From contig NW_024704755.1 in the NCBI RefSeq assembly GCF_018977255.1, forward strand, positions 12,524,001 through 12,588,000: a DNA stretch of 64,000 nucleotides, given 5' to 3'. Source of the DNA: Callorhinchus milii. Lineage: Eukaryota. Below, one piece after another: positions 1-12,202 of this stretch. The first letter of the stretch is position 1. Each line of letters begins with the position of its first letter. Position numbers and translations under genes: made by a program. The notes under the pieces were generated by a model. It saw only the letters and a program-made list of their open reading frames with translations. It had not been told where the DNA came from and made no database searches.

Positions 1-44
1 CCAAGATATGGCAGATAAAACAGCATGGAATAAATAAAGATCAC

Positions 45-350
45 ATGATTGGTTTGGGTGAAGAAGGCCCTATAGCTCATCTGATGTCATCCCTCCACAA
101 TATCCATCCTACTATCCTCTCATCACAGCATCAAGCTGCTTTTTAAATGAATCCAGTGTCCTGGCCTCAACCATCCTTTCTGACAAGCTGTTCCAGTCAT
201 TACTTTCTTCACCGAGTAAAGTAAAACTTCCTAGTCCTGACATTGCCCTCTGCAACTCTAAACGTATATCCTCTTGGTCTATTATCCTGTTGTATCCTAA
301 AGCATTGTTCTGGCTTTATCTTTTCAATCCCATTTAAAATGTTGCACACT
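45..350 (-). mobile_element. CR1-type LINE 3' fragment (degenerate)
   Basis: Minus-strand translation ...RPRGYTFRVAEGNVRTRKFYFTR resembles the CR1 ORF2 C-terminus (TRGH..K...F....R.FF). Boundaries approximate. Confidence 0.6.
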
Positions 351-1623
351 CCATATGAGGTCCCCTCTGAGACCTTGCCTCTGATGATTGCAGAGCCCCA
401 GTTTGCCTGAACAAAAATAAAAGGGGCAGTACAGGTTCGACGGATTAAATGGCCTCTTCCTGTTGCTGGCTTCTTACGTTCCAATGAAATCGATGGACAG
501 TCTTGATCAGCAAAATCATATAGATCCCAGGTCAACCAGCAGAAGTGATTAATACGTGGTTTAACGTATCAAAGAAAAGGCACCATCAGACTTTGCTGAA
601 GTCTCTTTGAGCATGTGTGATCTTACTCAAAGAGAATGCCTTGGACATCTGAAACAATAGATACTATCCCAATAGATACTATTAAGTGAACATTTGCATC
701 TCTCCATACGGATGGTCTCCAGTTATGCGGTAATCCTACTGCTGAATTCAAAGCTATTGCAATTGAATCTGAGAGGAACTTCACTGTGGAATGTCATTCC
801 ATTGCCTTTTACACTAAGAAGTTATCAATGGTTTTACCTCGCAAATATCAGAAAAATACTTTTTACCCACTGGGGCCTGATTCTCTAGTTGGGCTTGGAG
901 CAGAGTGATGTTGGAGCAGAGGGATGTGCCTTTTGAATGACCAGAGGACACAAGTTCAGATTTGTGAAGGGCAAGTTTAGGACAGACACTGACGGTTATT
1001 TTCATTTATCAGGGTAATCAGCAGTTGAAACAGATTACCAGAAAGGGTAGTGGAAACCAGGCCACTGGACTTTTGATAGAGTAATGGTAAGTCCGTGGGG
1101 GTTGTTTTTATGGAAGAATGAGAGGCAAATAGAACCAAGGGCCTTCAACGTGCAAACCTCTCTTTTGATCTTGTTTATTCTCCGGTCCCAGCCCTCAGTC
1201 TTCCCATGACCCTGACCACAGTTGTGATGTAGAATAGAATGTCTGGAGATAGAGAGCATTGATCCATTTTTCTTGGGATTGTGGCTGGGTCACAGGTGCT
1301 TATCATCATATATTTCAGACTCCTTAGCGTAAGGATTTTAAAGATTGTGTGTTTGCCAAACAAGTTTGGAAGTCCAGCAGTCCTCTGCTCTATCACACTG
1401 ACCCTGTCTTCACCTGATGCTAACACATGTGCGCTTCTGGGAAGACTGGAATGAGCTTTACTCTTTACTATTCCTGATGTCTGCTGATTCACATGCATGC
1501 GAGAGAACCCCAATCACTTTTTCACAGCTTCAAGAACCTAATCAAAAGCATAAGCAAAAACCTGAGAAGTGATCGCTGCCACAGGGGATTAGAAATCTAA
1601 CGAAGTTTAGATTAGAAATTTGT

Positions 1624-1969
1624 GGTGTCCCGTAGCACTGAGGTTAGCTTGCTCGCCTCGCAAGCAAGAGGATCCGGGTTCGATTCTCAGCCGGGGCAAA
1701 ACCTTAGGCAAGTTTCCTTACTCCACAGGCCTCTGTTTACCTAGCAGTAAGTAGGAACTCAGTTGTTACCCGGTCGATTGCCGGATCACTTTCTAGGGGT
1801 AATCCTCCAAAAAATAATTTCACGAGTGTTTGTGGGACAGTGCTGTGCACAATTGGTTGCCGTGTTTCGCCCACAAATTACACTTTATAATATATGCAGT
1901 GAAGAGCATTGAGATGTCTCATCGGCGTGATAAGGGCGGTATATTCAAATGCAAGGATCATTATTATTA
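1624..1969 (+). mobile_element. tRNA-derived SINE, near full length (young family)
   Basis: tRNA-like head with B-box-like GGTTCGATTC, body CCTCTGTTTACCTAGCAGTAA, L2-like tail ending TCAAATGCAAGGATCATTATTATT; many related copies in the window. Confidence 0.8.
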
Positions 1970-2564
1970 GAAATGAAGCAGGTTGGGTATTGAAGGCACA
2001 GCCAGCAGTTAAGTCATGCCAGTCATATCCTACAACCCAGCAGTGAGCAAATGATTGCTTTTACATTTACAAATCCCATTTGTTCTAACTCTGCATTTTG
2101 TACATGTTTAATGTGTGATTTGATCCTCTTGCATTTTTAGCCCTTGTTTTTACGTGTCTGGTTTATTGGAAGTGGTGGTTTGGGCTACAGGACTCATTTA
2201 ATTGGAGCAAGGAAGAATAGGTAAAGCTGTAGGGAAACTAATCATTCGTATCTATTTCTAAACTGGAGGAAAATTGGCTTTCCTTTTGACACCTTGTTAT
2301 ATTTTCGCCTCTCAGTTGACCTGACGTGGAGTGTTTCTCCTGATACGAGTTTGATTGACAAGTGCTGAGGGAAAACCAATCTGCCACAGTATAACATTAC
2401 TAAGCTCTCTCTCGTCTACTCGCATTCAATTTTGATGAATGCTGAATTTCATCTTGGACAGGGTCTTAACTGCAAGCTGTCATTCAGCACAAATCGGGCA
2501 AGGACACCAACTTGCTTGCATCTGGTGCACATTAATAGGAAATCACTTTGTTCAGCAAGAACCA

Positions 2565-2850
2565 GCCTGCTTCATGTCCTTCGTCCTCTCTGCCCCACCA
2601 TCGGCAGGCAGGCTTTCAGCCATTCCACCCACGCTCTCTGGAACTTCATACTGGAGTCTCTCTGACTCCCTACCTCCCACCTCTTTCAAGGTACTTTTCC
2701 GAAGCTACCTCTTTGACTGTGCTTTCGGTCATCATGTCTCCCCTCCCCCAAACCCTTCGGCTTTCAACCCCAGCTCGAGTGCCTGGCCATCGCAGTGCTA
2801 AGCACTTTGAAACATCTTCCCGACATGAAAGGCGTTATATAAATGAAAAT
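2565..2850 (+). mobile_element. L2 LINE 3' fragment
   Basis: Translates as PTIGRQAFSHSTHALWN then FKVLFRSYLF (L2 ORF2 C-terminal pattern); tail AAGCACTTTGAAACATC...TGAAAGGCGTTATATAAAT. Confidence 0.7.
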
Positions 2851-3244
2851 TCAATCCTGTGCGATGAGCTGAAGAAGTGGTGTTGTGTGTGTGTATTTTT
2901 TCTCTCTCTGTGCACTGAGTTGTCAGGCTGTCATCATAGAGCTTTTATAACAAGGAATTTTACATAATAGACTGTGACAATTTATCTTAATTATTATTAT
3001 CTCCGATTATTATTTGCAAGACACCAACATTGTCATCAGTGTCTGTACTGACATGCCATTGCAGTATTTTGGAGGTTTCCAGATTTCTGGTACAAAATTT
3101 GCCAATGGATTGACGAGAGGCAAATCACTTAAACTGATATGATATTGATATCTGACAAGGTGCAGCCAGCTCATGAGTCCTTTGACCATTGTAAGATGTT
3201 TAGGATATGAAATACACACACATGCAGGTGGATGGTCTGGTTTG

Positions 3245-3580
3245 ACACTTCATGGCAGCGCAGGGGGGATCACTGCATTGTTGGAAGTGCCGTTCTTCAG
3301 TTGAGATGCTAAACCGAGGTCCGGTCTGCCTGTTCAGGCGGATGTTAAAGATCTCATGGCGGCTGTTTGAAAAGAGAAGGGATTTTCTCCCAGTGTCCAA
3401 CAATTACTCAGTTACAACAACAACAACAACAAAATTACATTTGTTGTTGTTAAAAGTGGTCGTGGCTGTTTGTGGGACATTGCTGAATGCAAATTGGCTG
3501 TAGCATTTCTCTACCAAAATACACAGTCACCGTATTTTACAGAATGTGAAGTGCTTTGAGACATCCTTCCGGGGTGAAAC
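3245..3580 (+). mobile_element. Deu-domain SINE (SacSINE1/AmnSINE1-like)
   Basis: Contains AAACCGAGGTCCGGTCTGCCTGTTCAGGCGGATGTTAAAGATCTCATGGC...GAAAAGAGAAGGGA, matching the DeuSINE central domain as I recall it. Confidence 0.7.
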
Positions 3581-3656
3581 AAAATGAAAGCCTGACTTCC
3601 TAGAAATCAGAGCCGAATAAGGAGAAGCGAACAACTTGGTGCAGAAATGCTTTCAC

Positions 3657-3662
3657 TTTATT
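3657..3662 (-). terminator. Polyadenylation signal of CTRL-like gene
   Basis: AATAAA on minus strand ~50 nt after the stop codon; conserved in the duplicate copy. Confidence 0.75.
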
Positions 3663-3709
3663 AACCTATTGATTCGATCCATTGCACGAAGGTTCGAAGG
3701 TTAAATTCA

Positions 3710-6700
3710 TCAGTAATAGATGTATTGATCAATAAACGGACGCAAGTTGGCGACACTGGCGTAAATTGCAGGAGCCCTTACGTTGCAGTTGCTGGTTCCC
3801 CAAGAAACCAGACCAGACAGGCTCCAGGCACCGTTCACATAACAAACGAAAGGGCCACCGGAATCTCCCTGGAATAAAACATGGGACAAGCTGAACGAGC
3901 AGTGGTGAGCAGACTGCAAATACACATCGAGTCCCTCTCTCTCTCCCCCGCCCCCCCCCACCCTTCCGGAGAACTTCATAAGTAATGATCAGGATCTGGT
4001 TGGTATTTCGCCATCAGATGATAAGGCCAATTTCAGAGCCCTCTTCGGCTGCCCGCTAACTCTGCTCACATTTTATCATAGTGCTGGTAGTAATACTGTG
4101 ATATAATAATAACAATCCTCGCCTTCGATGGAGCACATTTAACGTCAGGAGGATGTCTTGATGCACTGCTGTAAAATACTTGTACCCACCTGACCTGCTG
4201 CGTGTTCCCAGCGACTTCTGTGTTTAGACCCTATTAACATCCTCCCCAAATACATGGTTACCTACCTGACACGAGGAACTTCCAGAGGCACCAGCACAAA
4301 TCATCATGTTAGTAATGCTGTTCCCCCAATATTCCTTGCAGCGACTGTTTTCAATGACGGGTAGGCTTGTCTGCATGAGCTTGCTAGCGGTTGCTATATT
4401 AGGGAGACATTATGATGACAATGACGAACTAATATAATAAGACTATTAATCCTTACATTTGATATAGTGCCTTGGGACGTCCTCCCGACGTGAAAGGCGC
4501 TATACAAATGTAATTTTGTACTGTATTGTATGACGCCTTATCACGTCTTCGAAACATCTCAAAGCATTCCCCAGAATATACTGTAAATGAATTGACTGTA
4601 TACATTTTGGGAAAAATGTGGCAGCCAATTGTGCACAGCAGTGTCCCACAAACAGTCGTGGATTGAGTGACCAAATTATTATCTTTTTAATTATTCTTTT
4701 TGAAGGGATTATTACCCTCGGAAAAGTGATCCGCCAATCGGCTAACAACCAGGTTCCTATTTACTGCGAACGGAACAGCGGCCTCTGAAGTAAGGAAACT
4801 TGCCTAACGTTTCGTCCTGCCTGCAAATCGAACCCAGGTCCTCTCGCTTGTGAGACAAGTGATCTAACCAATACGCGACAGGACTCAACATATGTTGGCA
4901 TGTGTGCCTGCAAGTGTATTCAACTTCAGTAAAGTACTTAATAGCTTCTTACCACCGCCGGCCACAGTCCTTCCCCACCCAGTGGTGACACACGTTGTGC
5001 CTCCTGGAAGATAAGTGCCCTGAGGAATCAGTGGGACTGGCGAAACATAGCTATTGTAACTAGCTGGGGAAGACAGCCTTAGTAGAGTACAGTCATAGTT
5101 CAAGGTTTGGTAGTTGAAGTTAGGATGGGTAATGACCTGAAACAAAGGCACAAAATATTATTCCATCAATAACTGAGGTCGGGTTTGAGTTTTAACCAGA
5201 AATTGCAATTTTACTTTTTTTCCATTTCGGAGTAAATGGTTATACGAACTGCTTTGAGATGTTACTTACTTAGGAAGCAATTTTAGTTTGTACTTACCTG
5301 TGAAACACTTTTCACTTGCACAGGTTCTGATGAAGAGTGCATATCAAATTCTCCGAGCACAACAATATGATAGTAGTAACTGTAGTAGTAGAAAACATTT
5401 AAATCGTTAATCTGTGGAGACACTAAGAATCTCTGTGTAGCTACTTGGAATCTAGAATAGACAATGTTCCCACGCTATTCGAAAAGTAATTGATGTTTTT
5501 CCTGGTGTCCCGGTTAACAATTCCCCGGATAAATTGTTCATTCACTTTATGGCTGTTTGAAGGACATAGCTGTGTGCAAATTGGCTGCCACATAATAATA
5601 ATAATAATCCTTGCATTTGATATAGCGCTTTTCAGGTCAGGAGGATGTCCCAAAGCGCTCACAGAATATACTGTAAAGTGAATTGACTGTATATTTGTGG
5701 GCGAACGCGGCAGCCAATTGCGCACAGCAATGTCCCACAAACAGTCGTAGATTGAAAATGACCCAATTATTCTTGTTTTGTTTTCTTGGAGGGATTATTA
5801 TTAGGCTCTGTGTGGAGGAAGGAAACTTGCCCAACGTTTCGCCCTCTGCCTGGAATTGAACTCAGGTCTCTCACTTGCAAAGCGAGTGCTTTAACCACTG
5901 AGCTAAAGGACTCCACATTGACCCTCGAAATACAGTGACTACACTTTACAAGAAATCCTGTAAAGCTCTTTAAAACATCGTCCCAACATGAAAGGCGCAA
6001 TATCAAATCCAACTATTATTCTTTTACTTATTTGTTGAATAAAGTACTAGATGAGCTGTTACTTTATTCAACAAATAAATAAAAGAATGAACAATTTCAA
6101 GGGGGAATTGTTAACCAGGACACCAGGAAAAACATCAATTACTTTTCGAATAGTGCAATAGGATCCATAACATTCACCTGAAGAGGAAGTTGGAACCTCG
6201 GTTACAATCCGTCAACAAGCTTCGCGGCAGGAAGCTGATTTAAAGAGAATGTTATCCAAATTTAATAACCACCTGTCAAATACTCACTTAAATTGACAGT
6301 GGGCGGCAGTAATAACCCAGTTCTGGTTTACCAGAGATCCTCCACAGAAGTGATTGCGATTTTTGTCCTGCGGAAAAACAACCAATTCTGAGAGGTGATG
6401 AAGTTTCAGGTACATTGCGCTCTCTAGATACAATAGGTCAGACACAACCAGTGAGAGTTTCCCTGTACAGCTTCAACTCAATGGAGAATAGCAATACCAG
6501 TCTGAAGTTTGCTTTCGGGGAGGGGGATATCCGAAAAGGTAAGCAATAGGTTCCTGTTACGTGTTCATCTAAACTAAAATAAAATAAAATATAGTATTCT
6601 CGCCTACACGGTACCAGCAATAAACCAGGGGAGTCCTATACCAGGGATCAAGCACAATCAGGTCTGATAACTGGACTTGTGTGTAACTAGAAAGATCACA

Positions 6701-8642
6701 CCAGGAGTGAATGAATTGAAGCACTTGGTTATAATCGGTGTATAACAGCAACAACAGCAGCAACTTGCCTTTACATAATGCCCTTCAAACAGGGTAGCAT
6801 CTCGAAGCCTTCAACAGTGGCGGAGCTTGATGGTGAACCACGGAGAGAGTGGAGGTGACTGTAGGCATGTATAACAGCGACTTTCCTCAGCTCTAAGTAC
6901 ATAAGCAAAACCCCTTTCCTTTCTCCAACTATATTGTCCCAGAAAGATAGGAACAGGTTATATTCCGTTGCACCTTCATGCAGGATAGTGTCTCGGAAAC
7001 TCTTCAGGTGCGATCTGACGATGGACTGCAAAGAGACTGCAAAGCGGAGGCATTGAGGCAGGGAGTTCCAGACGTTTGGGGGGCAGTGGCTGAAGGCACG
7101 GTCCCCAATGATGGAGCGGAAGGGTCAAGTGACCCGCAAAATGCCTGAGTCGGCCGAGCAAAGTGACCGGTTGAGGAGCAGTAAATAAATATTAATTTAA
7201 CAAGTTTAAACATTTCAAAAATGTAATGAATTTTACATTTAAAAATAGAATTGAAGAGAAATGTTACCTGCAGGGAGACTTGCCAGGGCCAAGCCCCTGG
7301 ACTTGACACCTGTCCGTTGACTATACGGGAAGGGTCAGCTGCAGGAGCACCAGCAACTGGGGAAGGAAAAAGGTTTGAAACAAAATATTCTTATGTGCTT
7401 GTCACTTTGTCATGATCCTGATCGCGGAGTCCGGTAGCGTATTGCTTAGAGCACTCGCCTCGCAAGCGAGAAGACACGGTCAGGGCGATACCTTAGGCAC
7501 AATGCCTTTGAGACGACTCAATGACACAATAAACCATTATATCAAATGCAAGGATTAGGATGATAAATGGTATTCTTTAAACTTCTTTATTGGATAATAA
7601 CTTAAGAAAATAGGAACAGACGCAGATCATTCAGTCAATCCAACCTGTTCAACTAGTTTAATTTAGTAGATCGCGGCTGATCGCCTCGGGATGTTCTCCC
7701 GACGTGAAAGGCACTCTATAAATGGAATCTTGTTGTTGTTGTTGATCTGACACTTAGCCCCATTTCCTGCTGTTTCAGCACTTCTTTCGATATCTTTGCC
7801 AACCAAATATTCATAATAAGAATTTGGTACATTTAATACTTCCATTTGGTACAGTGCCTGTCACATCAGGAGGATATCTCAAAGAGCTTCATAGGACATA
7901 TTTCTCTTTTCGAACAGTGCTATGGGATCTTTGACATCGACCTGGACAAGGCAGACTGGAGCTTGTTTTAGCATCTCATTTGAAGACAGTATGTCTAATA
8001 ATGGAACGCCTTGCATTGTATCCTCTTAGTCTGGATTTGCCCTTTCTCCAAAGAAGAAAGCTTCTCTGTATAGACTTTGTCAAATCCCTTTATAACATGG
8101 TTTCGGCACCCTTTCCACTTCCCCCGTCCCCCTTACCCCTATGTGCCTCAAACTACATTCCCAGTAAAAATAACGTTAAAGGTGGAAAATTGTGTAGAAA
8201 AAAAAAGTTTTTTTTAATGTTTGAACTTCCCACTTAAAAGTTAAGTGTAAAACTGCCCTTTGGGTGAGACGTTAAACTGAGGTACTGTCTGGTTCAGCTG
8301 GACATAAAGGATCTCATGGCACTCTTTAAAAAAGACAAGGGAGTTTCTCCTAATGTCGTGGCCAACAATTCCCCAGATAAAACTGGTGATTCACTTTGTG
8401 GCTGGTTGTGGGACATTGCTCTGTGCAAATTGATTGTCCCTTTTGCCTACAGATGCACAGTCAGACAGAATACATATGTACAGTAATATTGTGAAGCACA
8501 TTGAGACAGTTTGATGATTTGATAAGAGTCTATATCAAATGCAAGGATTATTATTTCTATTAAAATGCTTTGACCGGTATAACTATCACTCACCATAGGT
8601 TGCTCCTGCAATAGCAAAGCACAGGATCCAAGTGAAAGTCAT
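3710..8642 (-). CDS. CTRL: Chymotrypsin-like protease (CTRL-like), intact 7-exon gene, 256 aa (gene 1)
   Basis: Exons 8642-8594, 7356-7268, 6367-6288, 5379-5298, 5136-4953, 4393-4266, 3868-3710; all GT-AG and in frame. Signal [16 protein letters not shown], activation site PSR|IVNG, triad TAAHC / NYDC / GDSGG. SSCQGDS and [15 protein letters not shown] match CTRL (human [15 protein letters not shown]) rather than CTRB. Confidence 0.9.
4525..4886 (-). mobile_element. tRNA-derived SINE (young family) in intron 5
   Basis: Reverse complement of the 1624 family, head GAGTCCTGT...GGTTCGATT. Confidence 0.75.
5593..5914 (-). mobile_element. tRNA-derived SINE, full length, short-body subfamily
   Basis: Head GGAGTCCTTTAGCTCAGTGGTTAAAGCACTCGCTTTGCAAG, tail (ATT)n; very similar to 34203-34525. 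Confidence 0.85.
8262..8555 (+). mobile_element. Deu-domain SINE in intron 1
   Basis: GAGACGTTAAACTGAGG...GGACATAAAGGATCTCATGGCAC...tail TCAAATGCAAGGATTATTATT. Confidence 0.7.
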
Positions 8643-8682
8643 GCTTGCCTCTCTTGTGTTGCTCTTTCTTCGGCTCTCTAGC

Positions 8683-8723
8683 TTTTATATTTGCTGATTG
8701 GAAGCTGTATCTGCAACAGATAA
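8683..8723 (-). promoter_or_regulatory. TATA box and GATA site, CTRL-like promoter
   Basis: ATATAAAA (8690-8683) ~40 nt upstream of ATG; AGATAA at 8718-8723. Confidence 0.65.
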
Positions 8724-10264
8724 GGAATATCAATTCACAGAAAGGTGCAATGACATTGGAAACTGCTCACAAACGCACTTAATTTTAGGTCTCAATCAAT
8801 GGTCTTTGATCAGCAAACAAAAAACATTTTTCCAAGAAAAGTGGCAAAAATGGATTCAGATTCAGCCTAGGATTTCACTGTGCCGTCATGTAAGATTGAT
8901 GATTGTGTTTCTCCTTTTGCAAACAGTATCTGAGACACAATAATTGAAAAGACAACTTTTAATAATAATAATAATAATCCTTGCACCTTATCACATCGTT
9001 GAGACATCTCAAAGAGCTTCACAGAATATACTGTAAAGTGAATTGATGGCATATTTTGTGGGCAAAATGCAGCAGCCAATTGCGCACAGCAGTGTCCCAC
9101 CAACAGTCGTGGATTGTATTTTTTTTGAGGGATTTTTACCTCTGGACAACTATCCACCAATCGACTAACAGCCAGGTTCGTACTTACTGCTGGGTAAACA
9201 GAAGTGTGTGAAGTAAGGAAACTTGCCTAAGGTTTCATCCTATACATTATACTATATAATAATAAGCCTTGTATTTCATATAGTGCCTTATCACGTCTTT
9301 GAGATTTCTCAAATTATTATGAGTAATATTATTTTTAAGGGATTGTTACCTCTGGAAAACTATCCACCAATCGACTAACAACCTAACATTGACATAACAT
9401 TATATTGATTTCACAATCATCTTCTGCCCCTTGGTCTGGAGTTGAGGGTGTCTGCGGGCAAATTCCTTGAAACCTCTGTCATCGTGCTCTAACTCAAGCA
9501 GGGTGAAACGTTAAGCAAGTTTCCTTATTCCACACGCTTCTTTTGATTTGATCTGAAATCAGGCAAAGAAGAGGAAAGCGGAGGGATTGAGACAGGGAGT
9601 TCTGGAGTTTCGGGGCGTAGTGGCTGAAAGCATATCTGCCTGTTCAGGTGAGCGTTAAAGATCCTGTGACACTACTTGGAATAATAAGGGAGTTTCTCCC
9701 AGTATCCTGGCCAACAAACCTCCAGTTCTCCTGGCTGTTTGTGGGACACTACTTGCAGGTAACTTGGTTACTGTGGTTTACCTACAGAAATATACAGTCA
9801 TTGCACTTAACAGTGATTATGATGCATCTTTTTGAGGTGTTTTAGCATAGTATAGGCACTGTACCAAATTTAAGGATTAATATTTATCCATGTGAAGCCG
9901 GTGCTAAAAAGCCAATGCAAATTGTGGTGTTTTGGGTTAAACCTGTCAAGACGTTACATTTTCCCACTATTAATCATGTTTAATATGCTTGGTGCGTAAG
10001 CACAATGCTTTGGACGAAGATTAGATGTTTAATGACGCAGCAATCAATATGGATCTGAAAGATTGCTCCTCGGTTTCCCACTCGTGGATAAAATGCTTTC
10101 CACTGATACCAGGTAGTAGTTCAGCTATAGTGCACCTTCACTGAGACTCTGCACTCTAAATGTTCTTATTGCATTACACTTGTGGCTGCTTGTGCTTTTC
10201 TTCAAGCCATTTCTTTTCCTGTTTAGTTTTGCTAATAGTTTCTAACTGTCTTTGCTGGAGCAGA

Positions 10265-10697
10265 TGTCAGCCTGGCTCAGATGGTAGCACTCACCTCTGA
10301 GTCAGAGGTTGTGGGTTCAAGCCCCAGATCAGGTCTTTGAACTCATAGTCTAGTTTTTCACTAATACTGTACTGGGGATGTGCTGCATTGCCACAAGGTC
10401 CGTCCTTTAACTGAGATGTTAAACTGAGGTTCTGTCTAACTCTTCAGGTGGACTTAAAGGTCCTATGGCACTATTTAAAAAGGAAATGAGTTTCTCCCTG
10501 TGACCTGGACAACAATCTCCCAAATAAAATAAAAATCACTTGATCATGCTTGTTTGTGGAACATTGTTGTACACAAATTGGCTGTTACATTTGCTAACAA
10601 GATATGCAGTCACTGCACTTTACAGTACATCACCATGAAGCACCATAAGATGTCCACCCGACATATATCAAATGCAAGGATTATTATTATATTATTA
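10265..10697 (+). mobile_element. Deu-domain SINE, full length
   Basis: tRNA-like head CAGCCTGGCTCAGATGGTAGCACTCACCTCTGAGTCAGAGGTTGTGGGTTCAAGCCC, Deu domain, (ATT)n tail. Confidence 0.8.
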
Positions 10698-10896
10698 TCT
10701 GACAGGCTCGGCCAGTAGGTCACTGGGCAAATCGGGAAAAGACACAAACGTGCTTGCATCTAGTGCACATTAATTTGAAATCACTTTGCTCAACAAGAAC
10801 CAGCCTGCTTCACGTCTTTCTCCTTATCTGCCCCATCATTGGATGGGAGGCTTTCAGCCATTCTGCCCCTGCTCTCTAGACCTCCTGTAGTTTTGT

Positions 10897-11172
10897 AGTC
10901 CCGTAGCTTAGTGGTTAGAGCCCTCGCCTTGCAAGCGAGAGTCCTGGTTTCGATTCCCGGCAGAGCAAAACCTTGGGCAAGTTGCCTTACTCCACACGCC
11001 TGATAATAATCCCTCAAGAAACAAAATAAAATAATTTGATCACTCAATCCTCGACTGTTTGTGGGACACTTCTGTGTGCAATTGGCTCCCACGTTTCGCC
11101 CTCAAATATACAGTCAATTCACTTTCCAGTATATTCTGTGAAGCGCTATATCAAAATGCAAGGATTATTATT
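10897..11172 (+). mobile_element. tRNA-derived SINE inserted in an L2 fragment, absent from copy A
   Basis: Head GTCCCGTAGCTTAGTGGTTAGAGC; the flanking L2 sequence is contiguous at ~2640-2660 in copy A. Confidence 0.75.
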
Positions 11173-12202
11173 ACATATTATTATCTCCATGCTAGAATCT
11201 CTCTGACTCGCTCCTTCCCTCCTCTATCAAGACACCCCTCGAAAGCTACTTTTGGTCATCATTTTTCGGTCATCATTATTGCTTTCGGTCATCATTTTTT
11301 CCCATCCCCAAACCCTTCGGCTTCCAATTCCAGCTTGGGTGCCAGGCCAACATAGTGTTAACCATTTTAAGGCATCTTCTTGATGTGAAAGGTGTTATAT
11401 AAATACAAATTATATTGTATTCAATCCTACGCCTTTGAGCTGAGGAAGCGGTGCTGTGTGTGTGTATGTTTTTTTTCTGTGTCTGTGCACTGAGTTGTCA
11501 GGCTGTCATCGTAGAGCTTTTATAACAAGGCATTTTCTATAATAAAATGCGACAATTTAACTTAATTATTATTAATTCCGACTATTATTTGCAAGATACC
11601 AACATTATCATCAGTACTAACATGCCATTGGAGTATGTTGGAGTATTACAGATTTCTGGTACAAAATTTGCCGATGGATTGACAAGAGGCAAATCACTTA
11701 AACTGATATGATATTGATATCTAACAAAGTGCAGCCAGCTCATGTATCTTTTGATCATTGAAGATGTTTAGGATATGAAATAAACACACGCCGGTCAGTT
11801 TTCTAGATTGACACTTCATGGCAGTGCTGTGGGACTTGACGTTCTTCAGTTGAGATGTTAAACCGAGGTCCTATCTGCCTGTTCAGGTGGATGTTAAAGA
11901 TCCCATGGTGTTATTTGAAAAGAGAAGGGAGTTTCTCCCAGTGTTGAACAATCCCTCAGTTAAAATGTGTCATGTATGTTTGTGGGACGTTGCTATGTGC
12001 AAATTGGCTGTTGCATTTGCCTACAACATACTTTCCAATATATCATGTGAAGTGTTTTGAGACATCCTTATAGTGTGAACTGAAATCAAATCCTTGCTTC
12101 TTAGAAATCATAGCCTAGTAAGGAGAAATAAACAACTTGGTGCAGAAATACTTTCACTTTATTAAACTATTGATCCGATATATTGCATGATGGTTAAACC
12201 AA

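Larger units (their letters stand above)
2510..10303. repeat. Segmental duplication copy A (contains intact CTRL-like gene)
   Basis: Colinear similarity with ~10750-15153, e.g. 2510 CTTGCTTGCATCTGGTGCACATTAAT vs ~10750 TGCTTGCATCTAGTGCACATTAAT; both end at CACCTCTGAGTC. Confidence 0.85.

Noticed and set aside
1035-1513. Minus-strand ORFs as a possible further exon
   Set aside because: No recognisable homology or convincing splice sites.
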